This document shows, one piece after another, positions 14,926-27,556 of a stretch of 64,000 nt of DNA (position 1 is its first letter; each line of letters starts with the position of its first letter). Both the position numbers and the translations under genes were made by a program. Source of the DNA: Obrimoposthia wandeli (lineage: Eukaryota); the NCBI GenBank assembly GCA_977020255.1, contig CDROCS010000335.1:248001-312000 (forward strand), written 5' to 3'. The notes beneath the pieces are model-generated. The model worked only from the letters and a program-made list of their open reading frames with translations, was not told the origin of the DNA and searched no databases.

Positions 14926-15880
14926 TAATAATAATAATAATAAATATTTTCAGCAATAGTTTCTGTTTTCTGTAATAACAGTAATAATTATGATCACACA
15001 CAGACAGAGGCAGTAAAGTGACAGATGTGTGTGGCACACTTGAAAATGGGCTGGCAAGAAAATCAGTAGAGGAGGCAGCCATTCCTTCTGTGTTATCTCT
15101 TACTTCACAGACAAAGCAGGAGTTAACAACCGACCGTCTTGGTTTTAATAATTGCTGCTCAACTGTGGGCACTTTGATTTATTAATTAAAAGTTTAAATT
15201 GGAATATTTCAATTCCTAACATATTTTGAGGTCCAGAAACGGACGAATTTTATAAAAAAATTTAAAATAATTGGATATATTTATTGTCCTGGCCAAGAAA
15301 ATTTTAAGGGCGTTGAGTTAAAAAAGAAATTAAATTAAAACTATTACATAAACAGAAAGTATAATTTTACTCTAAGGGTTACTGAACTAAATTACTAAAA
15401 ATGGGAATAGGGCCACCGAATATTACTACAAAATAGTCTTATTATTAGTGAAAAATGCAATGCAACACGACACATACAAAAAAACGAATGAGAGACTCGA
15501 CAACAAATAACTGCGATAGAACGAATAAGTTCTATAAAAGAGGACTTCTCCCCAGAAATTAGGCATAATTCTCTATGAAGAGATAAGACAAGAACATACA
15601 AACAATCCAGAGGAATCTCAGCAGAGAATTTCCTTTCCGACAGATATTGATCAAGGAGGGAAAGTCAATTCAACGAGGAACAAAGGAGAAAAGGACGTTC
15701 TGCAACATTAGACTCGGGGAGTATTTTAATTTGATTCCAATTGTTAAAATGATTTAAAATCACATTTTTGGTAATAAGATCTATCCTGTAAACATACAGT
15801 TTTTATTACATTCAGTAACAGTAGGGTAAAATCAAAGCAAGCCTGAACCAAGTCCATACCTTTCATAAACTTCATCCAAT

Positions 15881-17035
15881 TATATGATGTGGAAAAGTTG
15901 AATAAGTTGATGACATATTTGGCTACTGTTGATACAGTTTCATCAAATGTCGGCTATTTGGTTGAGGTCGATTTAAAAATCCCTCCAATGTACATGATAA
16001 ATTAGATGATCTTCTAGTAGCACCTGTTCATCAATGTCTACCTAATTCAAAGGTTAAGAAATTATTGTTAACACATGAAGACAAGTTGAATTATGTAGTG
16101 CATTGGCGGCTTCTTCAATTCTACTTAAAGTTGAGAGCGAAAGTCACTAGAATTCATCATGCTATAAGCTTTAGTCAAAACTTTGTGTTTAACGACTATA
16201 TTGAGAAGAATTCTAGAAAACGTAATTTGGCCACTAGCAAATTCGGTCGGGATTTTTACAAGTCAAAATGTAATAGTCTCTTTGTAAATACTGTATAGGA
16301 CTTGTAGAAACGCAGTTGTCTACGGTTTTGCAATGATGAGCGAAAACTAATAACATATACTAGCAAGTACAACTTAAAGCGTAGTTTTACAATTGCAGAT
16401 GACTTGGTAGCAGTGTTATTAGGAAAACAGAGTATTTGTCTCGATCGACCGAGTTATATAAATCAAACTGTTTTAGACATTTCCAAACTCAGAATGTACG
16501 AGCTTCAATATATAGAATTAGAGAAATATCGACAAAAATTCAATTGTGAGATCAAAATTGCAGCTGGGGACACTGACTCTTTCTTTTTAGAATGTAGAAA
16601 TGTAAGTTTAGAAAATCAATTGTTACCGGCAATATTTAGGGATAACTTACTTGATACCCATAAATATCCCGTAAATCATCCTCTACACTCTATGAGTTTA
16701 AAGGATATTATCGAGAAATTTAAGGACGAAAGCTAGGGAAAGGTTTCGTATGATGAATGCATTTTCTTACGCCCTAATGCTACAGTTTACATGCATCTAA
16801 TAATACATGTTCAATTAGGGCAAATGGTGTGGGAAGAAACAATCTTACACATGAGGCCTATCGGAAAGTTTATGATACTGGGTGTATTGAAAGCACTGAG
16901 CAAACTAGATTTATTTCAAGAACCCATCAACTGTATTCCAATAAGTCAACAAAAATCGCATTGAGTAGTAATGACGACAAGCGCTTTTGGGTAGAAAATA
17001 ACGCTAGCCTGGCTTATGGACACTTCCGAATTTAA
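15881..17035 (+). pseudogene. Protein-primed DNA polymerase B, C-terminal part (copy B)
   Basis: LLTHEDKLNYVVHWRLL, KSKCNSLF, motif C AAGDTDSFF, SSNDDKRFW; stops and frameshifts. Confidence 0.9.
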
Positions 17036-17289
17036 ACGGTTTTCATTTTTTCATTTTTTTGTTTAGTTTTTTAAAATTTTAGATCCTTATGGCACCTTGA
17101 CTATAACTTTTTGTTATTTCAATACATTTTTAGGTTGGGCCTTATCTTTGCTGACAGATCTCCATGGGATATTTGGCTGAATAAATTTATTGAAACACAC
17201 TTTTATTATTTTACCCGTATATTTTAATCTTGTATGATTTAATAAAATAATTCAAAATAAAACATGTTGTTAAAAAATATTTATTATTA

Positions 17290-17600
17290 TAACACATCAA
17301 TCATTTTGCAACGATTACCATAAAATACGTAAATGTCCACAGTTTCTCGTTACTGGATCCTGGTATTGTATCTTGTTGTAAAAAAAAGTTTGTTTGGATA
17401 ATACATTGCAAGTGGATCAAATACATGTATTGTCCAGTCTTTAACATAAATAGCTATCCAATGTTCTTCTGGTAAATTCGAAGTATGAGTATTGATAATG
17501 TAACCTCCAGATTGAAAAAATGGAATCATATCAATAGGATAAACTCCATTGAATTTATCACCCATGACCTTCTCTGCTGATTCTTGTACTTGTAGTAAAC
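17290..17600 (-). pseudogene. Adenain-like cysteine protease (copy B)
   Basis: YIINTHTSNLPEEHWIAIYV...HVFDPL contains the catalytic His and Asp; frameshifted before the Gln/Cys motif. Confidence 0.8.
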
Positions 17601-17647
17601 TAAATTAAAATTATAAATATACATTTAAAAAAATGACTTGATTCATT

Positions 17648-18880
17648 CTATAATATGACAGTTCTGTTTTTATTGATTCGTATTTGTGAATCAAATACTC
17701 CGCGAATAAGCATCGTAGTAGGATTTGTTAAATATGCATTAAACTTAATTTCTAGTCGTAAATTTCCATCCTTTGGTAGTTGGCATGGTTTATATTAAAG
17801 TCTGGTGCCAAAACAAATGTGAAGAACGGACAGCTGCTTTTAAACTCAGTTGAAGAAATACCATTGTTCATATTTTTATCTAGTTGGCCCAAATTCCGAA
17901 TAATAGATTGCATATAAGCCAAAGCATAAGCATTACCTTCAAAATCTGTTTTATATGTTTCGCGATAATCAGTATTTCTTGTAAGTGTTACTGAACCTAC
18001 ATTAAGATAGTCAAATTAAGTTACATCTGTCGTATAATTTCCTAGAAACTTTGCAGTTTTTTGAAAAGAAATTAAAACGAATTTTGGTAATCTTACATCA
18101 CCATAAATTTGATCCTTATTAAAAGCTTGCATACCCTTACCCAAAGAGTATGTTATAAGTTTAGTTTCTCTAATAGGATAACAAGCATTGTTTTTTTCCA
18201 ATACTATATTATGTGCCATTAAAACTGATTGCTCAGTTTTAACTCTTCGGACATATAGTTTTGCATCCAAAATATATCAAGTCTAGGTTTTAGAAAGTCT
18301 GTGATTATCAAAGAAAAATTTAATTTATTACGTTTCAAAGAAAGATGTACATTAACACCGAAACTTAAATATTTCAGTTGTTCAAAGAAATTCAATCTCA
18401 AAGACCCACACATTTCGTAAGCTTTAGATTCTGCAATCCATTATTTGTGAGTTGCAGCCGTTTTATTATAACCAATGGTTGCCAAAGTAGTATTTTGAGT
18501 ATCAGTACTATAATTCAATAGACTTTCGATCAAAGCTTTATGAGCATAGGAAGAATTTCCTCCTTCAATTTTAACATTATCAAGAGTAACAATGGCATCA
18601 TTAAATAAAAAATAAAAGAAGCAATTAACAGTTGTTTCATCTGGATTTTTTAAAATGAGTACTATCTCGATTTGTTACTTTTATTTGAACATAAAGCAAA
18701 GTATCATTCAAATCTAAATACTCACTATTGGAACCATTAATATTAAATTCTAAATCGGTTAAAGTGGTTCCTGAAACTGAGTTAACTAGAAATATTTATT
18801 CAAATGAAGCATTATGTACAACTACTTGCGGAAGAGGTTTATCAAAAATTCACAATTCGATTTTGGCACAACTAAATTTT
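17648..18880 (-). pseudogene. Major capsid protein, double jelly-roll type (copy B)
   Basis: Homologous to 28933-30161; ORF pieces 18016-18270 and 18219-18413 (LRLNFFEQLKYLSFGVNVHLSLKRN; DAKLYVRRVK). Confidence 0.85.
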
Positions 18881-20442
18881 CAAACATAGTTCCTTCAACT
18901 TTCATACGTTTGTATATATTAATTTTTAGCTTATTTTTACGTTTAAATCCACTACCTTCTTGGCTTTTATTCGATTTACCTTTTCTAATCAAATTAGCAA
19001 CGTCAGGTAAAACATTATCAAGTTCATTAAGTGCATGCTTCTTAGAAGTTGGTATTAGTTTATTGTCATTAGATGAAAGGAAGTCCTTTCCTAATTTTGA
19101 TACAAACCGCCTGAGTCTCTTTAAAAGAGGAAAGGCAAATCTACCTAATGTTCTAAGCCAGCTGGATCCATATTGCTTACCAACAAAATATGGTAATTCT
19201 CCACCTTGTTGACTTTGACTATAAGCTTCAATTATTGCTGGATTCGCCAGTTTTGTTTTCTTAAATGTATTGTTAAACTTGTCTTAGCTCCGTACGTGAA
19301 ATCTATTAGTTGTCTGGAATCATCTCTAATTTACTTCAATATTATTTATAGAAAAGAGAGCAACTGAAAGATAAATTGGTTGATCTATACGAATACCGAT
19401 AACTTTCCCAATTTTATTTTGAGTTTGAGATATCCATATTGATCTCAAAAGTGGAACTCGTAGTCCTCCTACAAGCGTTGGTTCTATTAAACTAGTATAA
19501 ATATATAACTGATTAATTGTAATAAAAGGTTTTGCCTTATTTTTAGCTTTTAAAGTTTTTATTGTATGGGTTTCAAAGGTATTTCTGGTTAAACCGAGAT
19601 TTTTAGCGAGTTTATCATCAAAAAAACTCGTTTTATATTGCTCTTTACTGTAGACGTCAATTTACCATTTTTTCATGTTTCACATTTATCCAAATAGTCA
19701 CTAAATTCCTTCATTATAAATTTACATAAATTCGCATCACTATCTATTTTATAATCTTTTGAAAACATTTTGAAAACATTTTCAGTTCCAGTACATATTT
19801 AGATCTAGTTTCAGCTAACAGTTTTGCTACTCTATCAGGAACATTTCTAACTGATTTAGATGAGACAATATCCCGTTTCTTAGTACCTACTGCATGTTAT
19901 CAAAACCAAATTGAAGAGCTTCTTATTTAGATTCTAAACTCAATTGAATAAAGTGTAATCAATTTTTAATTATGACTTTGTTATTTTCATATAATACTTT
20001 CACTTCTTTATCTATACAATTGTAATATAATTTTCATTTTTTTCCTACAATATTATTTTTTTTTCATATATATTTTCTTTTGTAAATGAAACATGTGAGT
20101 TTTTTCTGATAGTAATTGGATAATAATAAAAAGAAAATTATGTTTAAGCTGCTTCCCATTCTTATTGGATATTTATAGAACTTTCTTAATCGATAATAAA
20201 GCTACTAGCATCATTATCCAGCTGAGTCTGAGCATACGTTACTAGTAAAACTATATATAAAGATTTCATATATTATTAGACGCTAATATCCAAGTTAGAT
20301 CTGAAAAACCATGCCATTTAACAAAGTACTGTTTATCTTTACCAGGTTCCTTAGATTTTATTATTTTTTGAAAAAGAAAAACGTTAGATTTCTTTGATAT
20401 GACTTGTAATTCTTGTTTGCAAAATTTGCCCTGAATGATATT

Positions 20443-20547
20443 AGTTATGTTTTCTATCGCAGACTTAATTCAAAACTTAGATTTTACAACACAATTTAAA
20501 ATTTGTTCATTAAAGATCAGTTCTTAAACAAATTAATGAAGGTATGA
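20443..20547 (-). repeat. 3' LTR of the Gypsy element (truncated; U3 end and PPT deleted)
   Basis: 10 mismatches in 105 nt versus 39769-39873; integrase codons (NATVNSYSKHSP) run almost directly into it. Confidence 0.85.
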
Positions 20548-20690
20548 ATGGTGAATCAACGGTGAATGTTTTGAATAACTATTTACTGTTGCATTTATAG
20601 CAAATTCAATTTGGGGCAATAAATCGTGCCGACATTTTCCTGTTTTGGTAGACACTATAGTTGTTACAATCATATCTCTTACCGTACGTA

Positions 20691-21608
20691 TGTAATATAA
20701 TTTGTTAATATATTGATTCCAAACAAGATAATATTTCAAACAAACGATCGATCAACGGTATTTGTATATGTATTTGTATTTGAATACTTCCAAATAATAA
20801 ATGAATCAAATGTATTTATCCAAATTGGTTTTACACTTTATCAAAATATTGTCAAATTGTTAAAGGCTGAAAGAATTGACGTTTGAGGTTTCAGTAAATG
20901 TAAAAATCAATAATATTTGTCTTCTGTGAAAATCTCCACTATATTTAATACACTTCCAATTAATAGAGCTTGTACTGCAAATCTTCTGCCCCTGCATTAA
21001 GCTGGCGGGTGCGATTGTGCTAGAAAGTTCATCTGAGTTTGGCACAGCGCACACGGTAGAGAAGGAGGAGATGCACACAAATACACAGTGTCCATTGAGT
21101 CAGGACATCTTGCTAGCTCGCAGGGGTGTAGAGTCGAGGGAGATTCCTGCTGCATGCAGTTGTGCTGTTGCCGTTGCTGCTGGCGGTGTTGTTGTCACAT
21201 ATCAGCAGGAGAAATGGCAGCGGCAGAAGATAACACCACTCTCTTGATCAAGCCAACATCAGGATAGTGGAGGGCGGCTCTGCACAATCTGGATGACTTT
21301 GTGCAGGTAAGTGCCCTTTATTTATTTTTTCCCTTATTTATCTCTGACTTCGCGGGCATTTTGCCCACTGTGAAGCCAGAAATAAATCTGCCGTCCCCAT
21401 GACGAGACCGGCAGGGCGAAACCGGTTAAGCCGGTCGGGGACTGAAGGACAAGATGCCAAAGTACATCAAGATATAAAACCAAAAATTCCTTTAATCGCT
21501 TTTTTCTTTAATTAAGAAAACAATTAACCAACACTCTCTCACAAAAACGACCCAATATAACAATTCAACAATCCAAATTATCCAAAATATACCTTCTCAT
21601 TCTCGACA
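20691..21608 (+). mobile_element. 918-bp solo-LTR-like insertion with TGT...ACA termini and 4-bp TSD CGTA
   Basis: CGTA at 20687-20690 and 21609-21612; excision restores integrase codons AIRTVR. Alternative reading: 6-bp TSD ACGTAT without TG/CA ends. Strand assigned from the hammerhead only. Confidence 0.8.
21393..21442 (+). ncRNA. Type I hammerhead ribozyme fold (degenerate: C3A substitution, one stem II mismatch)
   Basis: Stem I GTCCCC/GGGGAC; core ATGACGA (consensus CUGANGA); stem II GACC-GGCA-GGGC; GAAA; stem III ACCGG-TTAAG-CCGGT; GTC cleavage triplet at 21434-21436. Confidence 0.75.
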
Positions 21609-22489
21609 CGTATAGCTAATTCTGCTAGACTGTTAGCTTGGTGTTGACAAGGTGCTGTAAGCTCTTGTTCAATACCAAATTTTCCTAGCTAATTCTGAAA
21701 ATAATTTCCAGTAAATATTCGTCCTCTATCTGTTAAAATACTCTTAGGTTTTCCAAATTTATATATCCAATTTGTCTCGAGGGCTTTAGTAATTGTTATT
21801 TCATCTTCTTTTGAGGTTGCTGATAGTGATACCAGTTTACTAAATCGATCGATTACTATCAACATATATATTTTTTAGATCTTCCTTCCTTCATGTGGGC
21901 CATATCGACAACTATTTGATCTAAAAATTTTCTTTGATTATAGGAATATATATTTCTTTTGTTCTGCTTGTTTCAATTTTTCTTTTGGAACAGTAAATGC
22001 ACTTTGATGTACATTATTTTATTTCTTGAAACATTTCTTTAAAATATAAGTTATCTTTCATATAGTTATAAACTTTTTGTATTCCTAGGTGACAAAGATA
22101 TTGATGAATTTTATTAAAAATTTCATTAGCGTTTTTTGGAGGTATGACAATTAAATCTGTAAAGTTTTGTTCAAAATAAAGGATATCATCACAGAGTTTA
22201 AGTTTCTCTCTTATCTGATAAATCCAACTTATTTTGCATTCTTCGGATAAATCCTTACTTTCCAGTTGGAGGAAAACTTTCATTTCTTGCACATGAATAT
22301 CTTCTTGTTGTATTTTCTTTATCTTACTCAAGAAGTTGTCTTCATTTAGTGAGTTAATATGTCGTATTTTAGATCTCTTCTCTTGTGCATCTATATGTTT
22401 AGTTTCACACTGAGCACATACTGTTTCATTTAATCTTGACATACCATCGGCATTACCATGGTCTATACCTTTACGATGTTCTAACTTAA

Positions 22490-23148
22490 AATTAAATTCT
22501 AAGAAATTTGCTAGCCATGTTTGAAATTGAGGACTGATTGGTTTTTTCGTCGTTCTTAAAAATACTAATGCTTTGATCTGTTCTTGCCAAAAATTCTGTT
22601 CTATATAAATATTGTTTGAAATGCATAGTAAATTCGTATACTGCTAAAAGTTCTTTTCTGGTAACACAATATTCTTTCTCATGGGAAATCAGATGTCTAG
22701 AAGCGTATGTAATCACATTTTCGTTTCTCATTTCATCAAGTTGGCTCAAAACTGCACCAATCGCACCAAAGCTTGCGGCTGTATCAATTATAAAATTTCT
22801 ATTTCGAATATAAGGAGCTGTTGATAATTTTTTTTCAGGATTGCAAAAATTGTTTTAAAATCTGGTGAGCATTGTATTGAATTCTTATCTCTGGATTAAA
22901 CTCTGGAATGTCGTCGGTGCTGTAACAAACCCAAATGGCATGCAATTAAAGCAAAATTGTCCTAATTTTGTACTGAAAGCCAATTTTGTCTGAGATTCAT
23001 TCTCTATATCTACCTGATAATAAGCTTATCCAATATCTAATGTCGTACATATTTTAGTATCACCTAGACAATCGAACAATAGTTGTGCATACAGTATGGG
23101 AAATGAAAACTTATTGGTTACAGTATTTAATTGTCTGTAGTCAACACA
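22490..23148 (-). pseudogene. Gypsy RT (middle) and RNase H; the YxDD half of RT is deleted
   Basis: CV|DYRQLNTVT, TLDIG*AYYQV, MPFGFVTAPTTFQ, then a jump to IDTAASFGAIGAVLSQ and YCVTRKELLAV. Confidence 0.9.
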
Positions 23149-23245
23149 AGTAGGTGGATGTGTCCGGTCTAATTCCCCCCCCACGGGGGGCTACCAATGT
23201 CCTTTAAAACCGTGTATGTAAGTGGAGTGAAATTTCGTGCATGTG
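23149..23245 (+). repeat. Left TIR of Polinton A
   Basis: AGTAGGTGGATGTGTCCGGTCTAAT...CTACCAATGTCCTTTAAAACCGTG...GGAGTGAAATTTCGTGCATGT is the inverted counterpart of the right end. Confidence 0.93.
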
Positions 23246-23625
23246 TTGAAAAATTGAAAAAACAACCCTCCACATTTTTAAAATTGTTACTTTGAAATTT
23301 ACCGCGAATCTCAAAAGAGGATAGAGAAGACCACGGGAATCCATATTGGCCCCGGCGGCTTATCGCAGACGAGATTTCAAATAATATGTGAATATATTAC
23401 CACTATTTTTTAATAAAGATTTTAGATTTTAGATTAATAAATTACTAAATGTTTTTGTTAAATATTTAGGTCAGATTTATAAGAGAAAAATTAGGTCAGA
23501 TCTATATAATTTAGAGGAGAAAAACAAAATACGAGTCAAAATTATTTTCAAAACATTTATTAAATCAAAAATAAAACACCATATTGGCTTCACTCAAAGT
23601 CCAAAGAGGCTGCATTTTCCTGTCA

Positions 23626-23976
23626 TCAGCAAAATATCCATTGAGACGTATTGATTTTTTTCCATAGTTCTTCATCTAGAATTGGAGCAATCACATATTC
23701 TAGATCATCTTTAAAAGCCAGACTGGGATCAGTTTCAAACTGGAAAGAATTTCCTTCATATACATAATCAGGAATGTAAAATCCCAAAATAATTTTCAAT
23801 TGATCAATATCAGATGTTGTTAAAATTTTGATGAGATATTTATTCTCCACTTTAGATATTTTCACAGGATTCATAACTCGTATAATTTGATGCCTCTTTA
23901 ATATATTACATAGGTTTCCTTTTGAAATTCTTTCTGTTGAATAAAAAATTCCTACACATCATAGAGGAGGATCCAT
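23626..23976 (-). CDS. Polinton hypothetical protein (left-end ORF1), one internal stop near its start
   Basis: ORF 23626-23874 plus upstream codons; a paralogue in copy C (12904-13129) conserves IMNPVKI.KV.NKYLI.ILTTS.IDQLK.ILGFYIPDYV. Confidence 0.6.
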
Positions 23977-24149
23977 TCTAAAATAAGGAAACTGATTAAA
24001 AAACAATGTTTTTAAAAAAATACATATAAGATACATATAAGATACAAATATTTAAAAATATAAAACTGATTATTAATTGCCAAATGAAAGAAACATAGTA
24101 AAACCGATTACAATTTATAACATGCAAAAGAAAAAAGTTAAAAAATAGA

Positions 24150-24680
24150 AATATGAGCACGTTCAATTTTCAACTTTGTTCCCATTTCATCTTTCTTGTA
24201 ACAATATAGTAGAATTGTTACAGTCCATTGCTTCTTTTTCGGAAACGCATAAACATCTATTTCTCTTCCATAGTCATCTAGAAAGGCTGCATCGGCTCCT
24301 CGGATATAAAATTCGTTCTTATTGAAAGTAAAATTTGGAACTGCCTTTTCAACTTTCTGTTTAAGATATTGAAAATCTGGTTTTTAAATATTTGATAGAT
24401 AATAGCTGAACTTTATTCTTTCAATTGTCACAGGATTTACTAAAGCAATCAGTTGAGCCTTCTTCAAGAATCTGACTTTGTATTTGAAATATTGTTTCAC
24501 TTCTTCATACATATCCTTATCCGATTTTTCAAACATTTCTAAATCTTCGTCACCTCTTAATATCCGTTGATTATCGTCCATCATTGATAATTGTCTTTGA
24601 TATGAATGCATTTACTGTGATTTGTTCTCCAATGGCGCATTCTTTTATACTAATTTCTAACAAAGAAATGAATCTCATTG
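24150..24680 (-). pseudogene. Polinton hypothetical protein (left-end ORF2)
   Basis: ORF 24384-24611 continues after a stop as KPDFQYLKQKVEKAVPNFTFNKNEFYIRGADAAFLDDYGRE; also present in copy C at about 13280-13830. Confidence 0.5.
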
Positions 24681-25299
24681 ATTAATATAACTAAAGCATT
24701 GAATTTGTTTGGACTAAATCCATATTAAAATCAAATTTGATTGGAAGAAATATATAATCCAATTATAATAGGTTTGCAAGATAATTACAAGAAACGTGCA
24801 ATAAAAAAACAGGTTCAGACATGTATAAAGAAGATTTTACAGAATACAATTTTAGTCTATTGAAACTCGTAAATATAAATGATAAAGGTAGAATAGAAAA
24901 TGAATAGAAACTGAGACAATATGTGAAAAAGTTTGACAATTTCACAGTTGTTATTTTTCTCACAGGTTAGTTTTTTCATTTTATTTTCATTTTGAATTCT
25001 TTTAGGAAATTGTCGTGTTATGGGATGCAAAATACCAATTTTTGAGTTCGAATTAACATTTAGAATTCGAATCACTGCAATACAATCAATCACGATTTCG
25101 GCTAATCTTGGGAAACAGATAAATCACACGTTATTCGAGAATTTAGAAATCGTACACAAATAAATAAAATTATAGCCAAATATTCATTAATTTATTTTTG
25201 TATTTCATCTACAATAGCTCTAACATTGTACATTTCAATAAGGAAACTTCTATGATAATATAAACAATATTAAAAATGAAAGAGTATATGTAATGGAGC

Positions 25300-25878
25300 T
25301 AAGTAAAAAATGCTGTATTTCAAATAGTTGGTCCCAGTGGAAGTGGAAAGACACATTTCGTATGTAAATTGTTGCAAAATGAATCTCTTTTCAAATCTAG
25401 TTTCAAAAATATTTATTGGCATCATGGTGGAGGAGGGGAAAGCGGATTAACCAAAACAGAAGTTTGGAAGTTGAAGGTAATAAAATTTATTGGCGGATTT
25501 GATGCAAATTGGTGTGAAAGATTGAAAAAATAAGATCTAATAATAATTGATGATTTGTATCAGGAGGCTAACAAGGAATCGGACTTTAATAATTTATTTA
25601 CAAAGATTGCAAGACATCGTGAAGTAACATTTATATTTATCACTCAAAATCATTTTCCCCAAGGAGGGCACCATAGAACAATAAATCTTAATGTACATTA
25701 CTTAGTTTTATTTAAAAATCCTAGAGATCAAAAAGTTGTAGATTTCGTGGCCAGACAGGCATTTCCTCAAAATAAGAACTTTCTAGTTGATTCATTCTAC
25801 GATGCTGCTAAACAAGCACATGGGTATATATATATATTGACTTTACACAAGCTTGCCCAGATGATTTACGTGTTTTAA
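25300..25878 (+). pseudogene. A32/FtsK-HerA-type genome packaging ATPase
   Basis: Walker A GPSGSGKT, Walker B LIIIDD, ARH, FIFITQN, HYLVLFKNPRD; in-frame TAA at 25531-25533. Confidence 0.93.
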
Positions 25879-26112
25879 CATACATATTTAATTCTAATGG
25901 AGTAACTGTTTATATAGAGAACAATTATAAAAAATAAATTTGCAATGCCTTTTAAGAAGTTGATAGTAAAACGTAAAGCAAAGCATAAGAAATCAATAAA
26001 AGAATCATTAAGAAAAAAGAAGTGAATAAATTAATCAAATCTGTAGTTAGAAATACAAGAAAACTTAAATGGCTTCGAATATAAACAATATTCAAATTGA
26101 ACCTTTTTTAAA

Positions 26113-26442
26113 ATGAAGAAAATACAAAGAAGCATATCCTATTTTAAAGCTTTGGTCAAAGCCTCTTCTCATAAGATAATGATTATTCTTAAAGCATTTC
26201 CATCTTTTGTTGTAGATGATTTATTGGAAGTTTTGTATAATATAGTTTTGGATCGAGTAAAAGTTGGAAAACGGAAAAATGTATTAAAGAAATATAGAAA
26301 AACTTTTCTAGGTATTGCTTATGTAAAAAGTAAAAAAATGAAACGAAATATTATTCTTAAACAGAATGGTGGTTTCATAGGGGCTGTTAATCCAGTTGTT
26401 GCTTCAATTATCAGTAGTATTATAGCTGCGACACGCTCATAA
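26113..26442 (+). CDS. Small basic virion-core-like protein with KQNGGF motif and hydrophobic C-terminus
   Basis: Lys-rich 109-aa ORF ending KQNGGFIGAVNPVVASIISSIIAA; this type of ORF is common in Polintons; also present in copy B at about 40845-41170. Confidence 0.65.
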   Translation: MKKIQRSISYFKALVKASSHKIMIILKAFPSFVVDDLLEVLYNIVLDRVKVGKRKNVLKKYRKTFLGIAYVKSKKMKRNIILKQNGGFIGAVNPVVASIISSIIAATRS

Positions 26443-26537
26443 ACAATTATTTCTAAAATCAGCTAAAGATAAGGGTGCTAACCCTACTTTACCTAAATTT
26501 AAATTTTCTATATATTCAAATTGTTGTAATGGAGAAG

Positions 26538-27556
26538 ATATGGTTCAATCCAAAAGATCCAATTGGCTACACAGGAGTTTCAAAATTATCAAAAAGAACA
26601 AAACAAAATTACAAGAAAACGCAGAAATGGCTGAGCAACCAGTTAGCCTACAGTCTGAACAAGCCGCTGAGAGGAAGGTTTCCAACTAGAGCTTACAAAA
26701 CCAGCGGTCCTAATAATTTATTGCAAATAGATTTGATGGAGATGATCCCATATTCTTCCATTAATAAGGGATATCGATATATTTTAACATGTATTGATGT
26801 ATTTAGCAGGTTTGCTCGTACAATTCCATTTAAAGCAAAGTCTTCAACAGCTATGCTTGAAGCCATAAAATAAATATTAAAAGAGGACATTCCACAAAAT
26901 GTGCAAACTGATTTTGGAAAAGAATTTTATAATAAACAAGTTCAATCATTATTTAAACAAAATAATATAAATCACTACTCTGTGTTTTTACAGTACAAAG
27001 CAGCAGTAGTAGAAAGATTTAATCGTACTTTAAGAAATCGAATAAAAAAGTATTTCACAAAAGAAGGAAATAAAAAATGGATCCAAGTTTTACCTAAAAT
27101 AATACATGCATATAATCACTCTGAACATAGAGGTCTCAAGGAAATGAGACCTGTTGATGTTAGTAATAAAAACTCTAGTGATATTAAGATAGACAGGAAT
27201 AAAAAAGAAAATATTAAAAAAGCTAAATATAAGAAAAATGAATATGTTCGAATTTCAAAAATTAGCTCTACTCCATTTATTAAAAAATTGATCAGAATTG
27301 GAGCGATGAAATATTTTGTATAAGTAAAGTTGTTCAAAAGAGTAATCCAATAATGTATACTATTAAAGATGCTGACAATAATATCGTTCACAGTAAATTT
27401 TACGAGCAAGAACTACAAGTAATATCAAATAAACCTAACGTTTTCCGTATTTAAAAAATATTAAAATCTAAGGGTACCGGTAAACATAAACAATACTTTG
27501 TTAAATGGCATGGTAATTCAGACCCAACTTGGATATCAGCATCTAATATAATATGA
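26538..27556 (+). pseudogene. Retroviral-like (rve) integrase with C-terminal chromodomain
   Basis: DDE triad in QIDLMEM, QTDFGKEF and VERFNRTL; tail QYFVKWHGNSDPTWISAS; internal stop at 26871-26873 and later frameshifts. Confidence 0.93.

Larger units (their letters stand above)
15881..20442 (-). mobile_element. Polinton copy B, left segment (inverted relative to copy A)
   Basis: Reverse-complement similarity to about 27385-31940 (pPolB C-terminus, protease, major capsid, small ORF, minor capsid, integrase tail). It ends exactly at the Gypsy LTR and resumes at 39900. Confidence 0.92.
20560..22480 (-). pseudogene. Gypsy integrase (HHCC region and rve core), split by the 20691-21608 insertion
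   Basis: HQYLCHLGIQKVY, IVVIDRFSKLVSL, QHQANSLAELAIR|TVRDMI...LPQIEFAINAT; the frame is restored when the insertion is removed. Confidence 0.88.

Noticed and set aside
20548-20580. TAACT at 20576-20580 as the true end of the left LTR
   Set aside because: This stretch translates as integrase (NSYSKHSP) and does not align with the right LTR; the match is coincidental.
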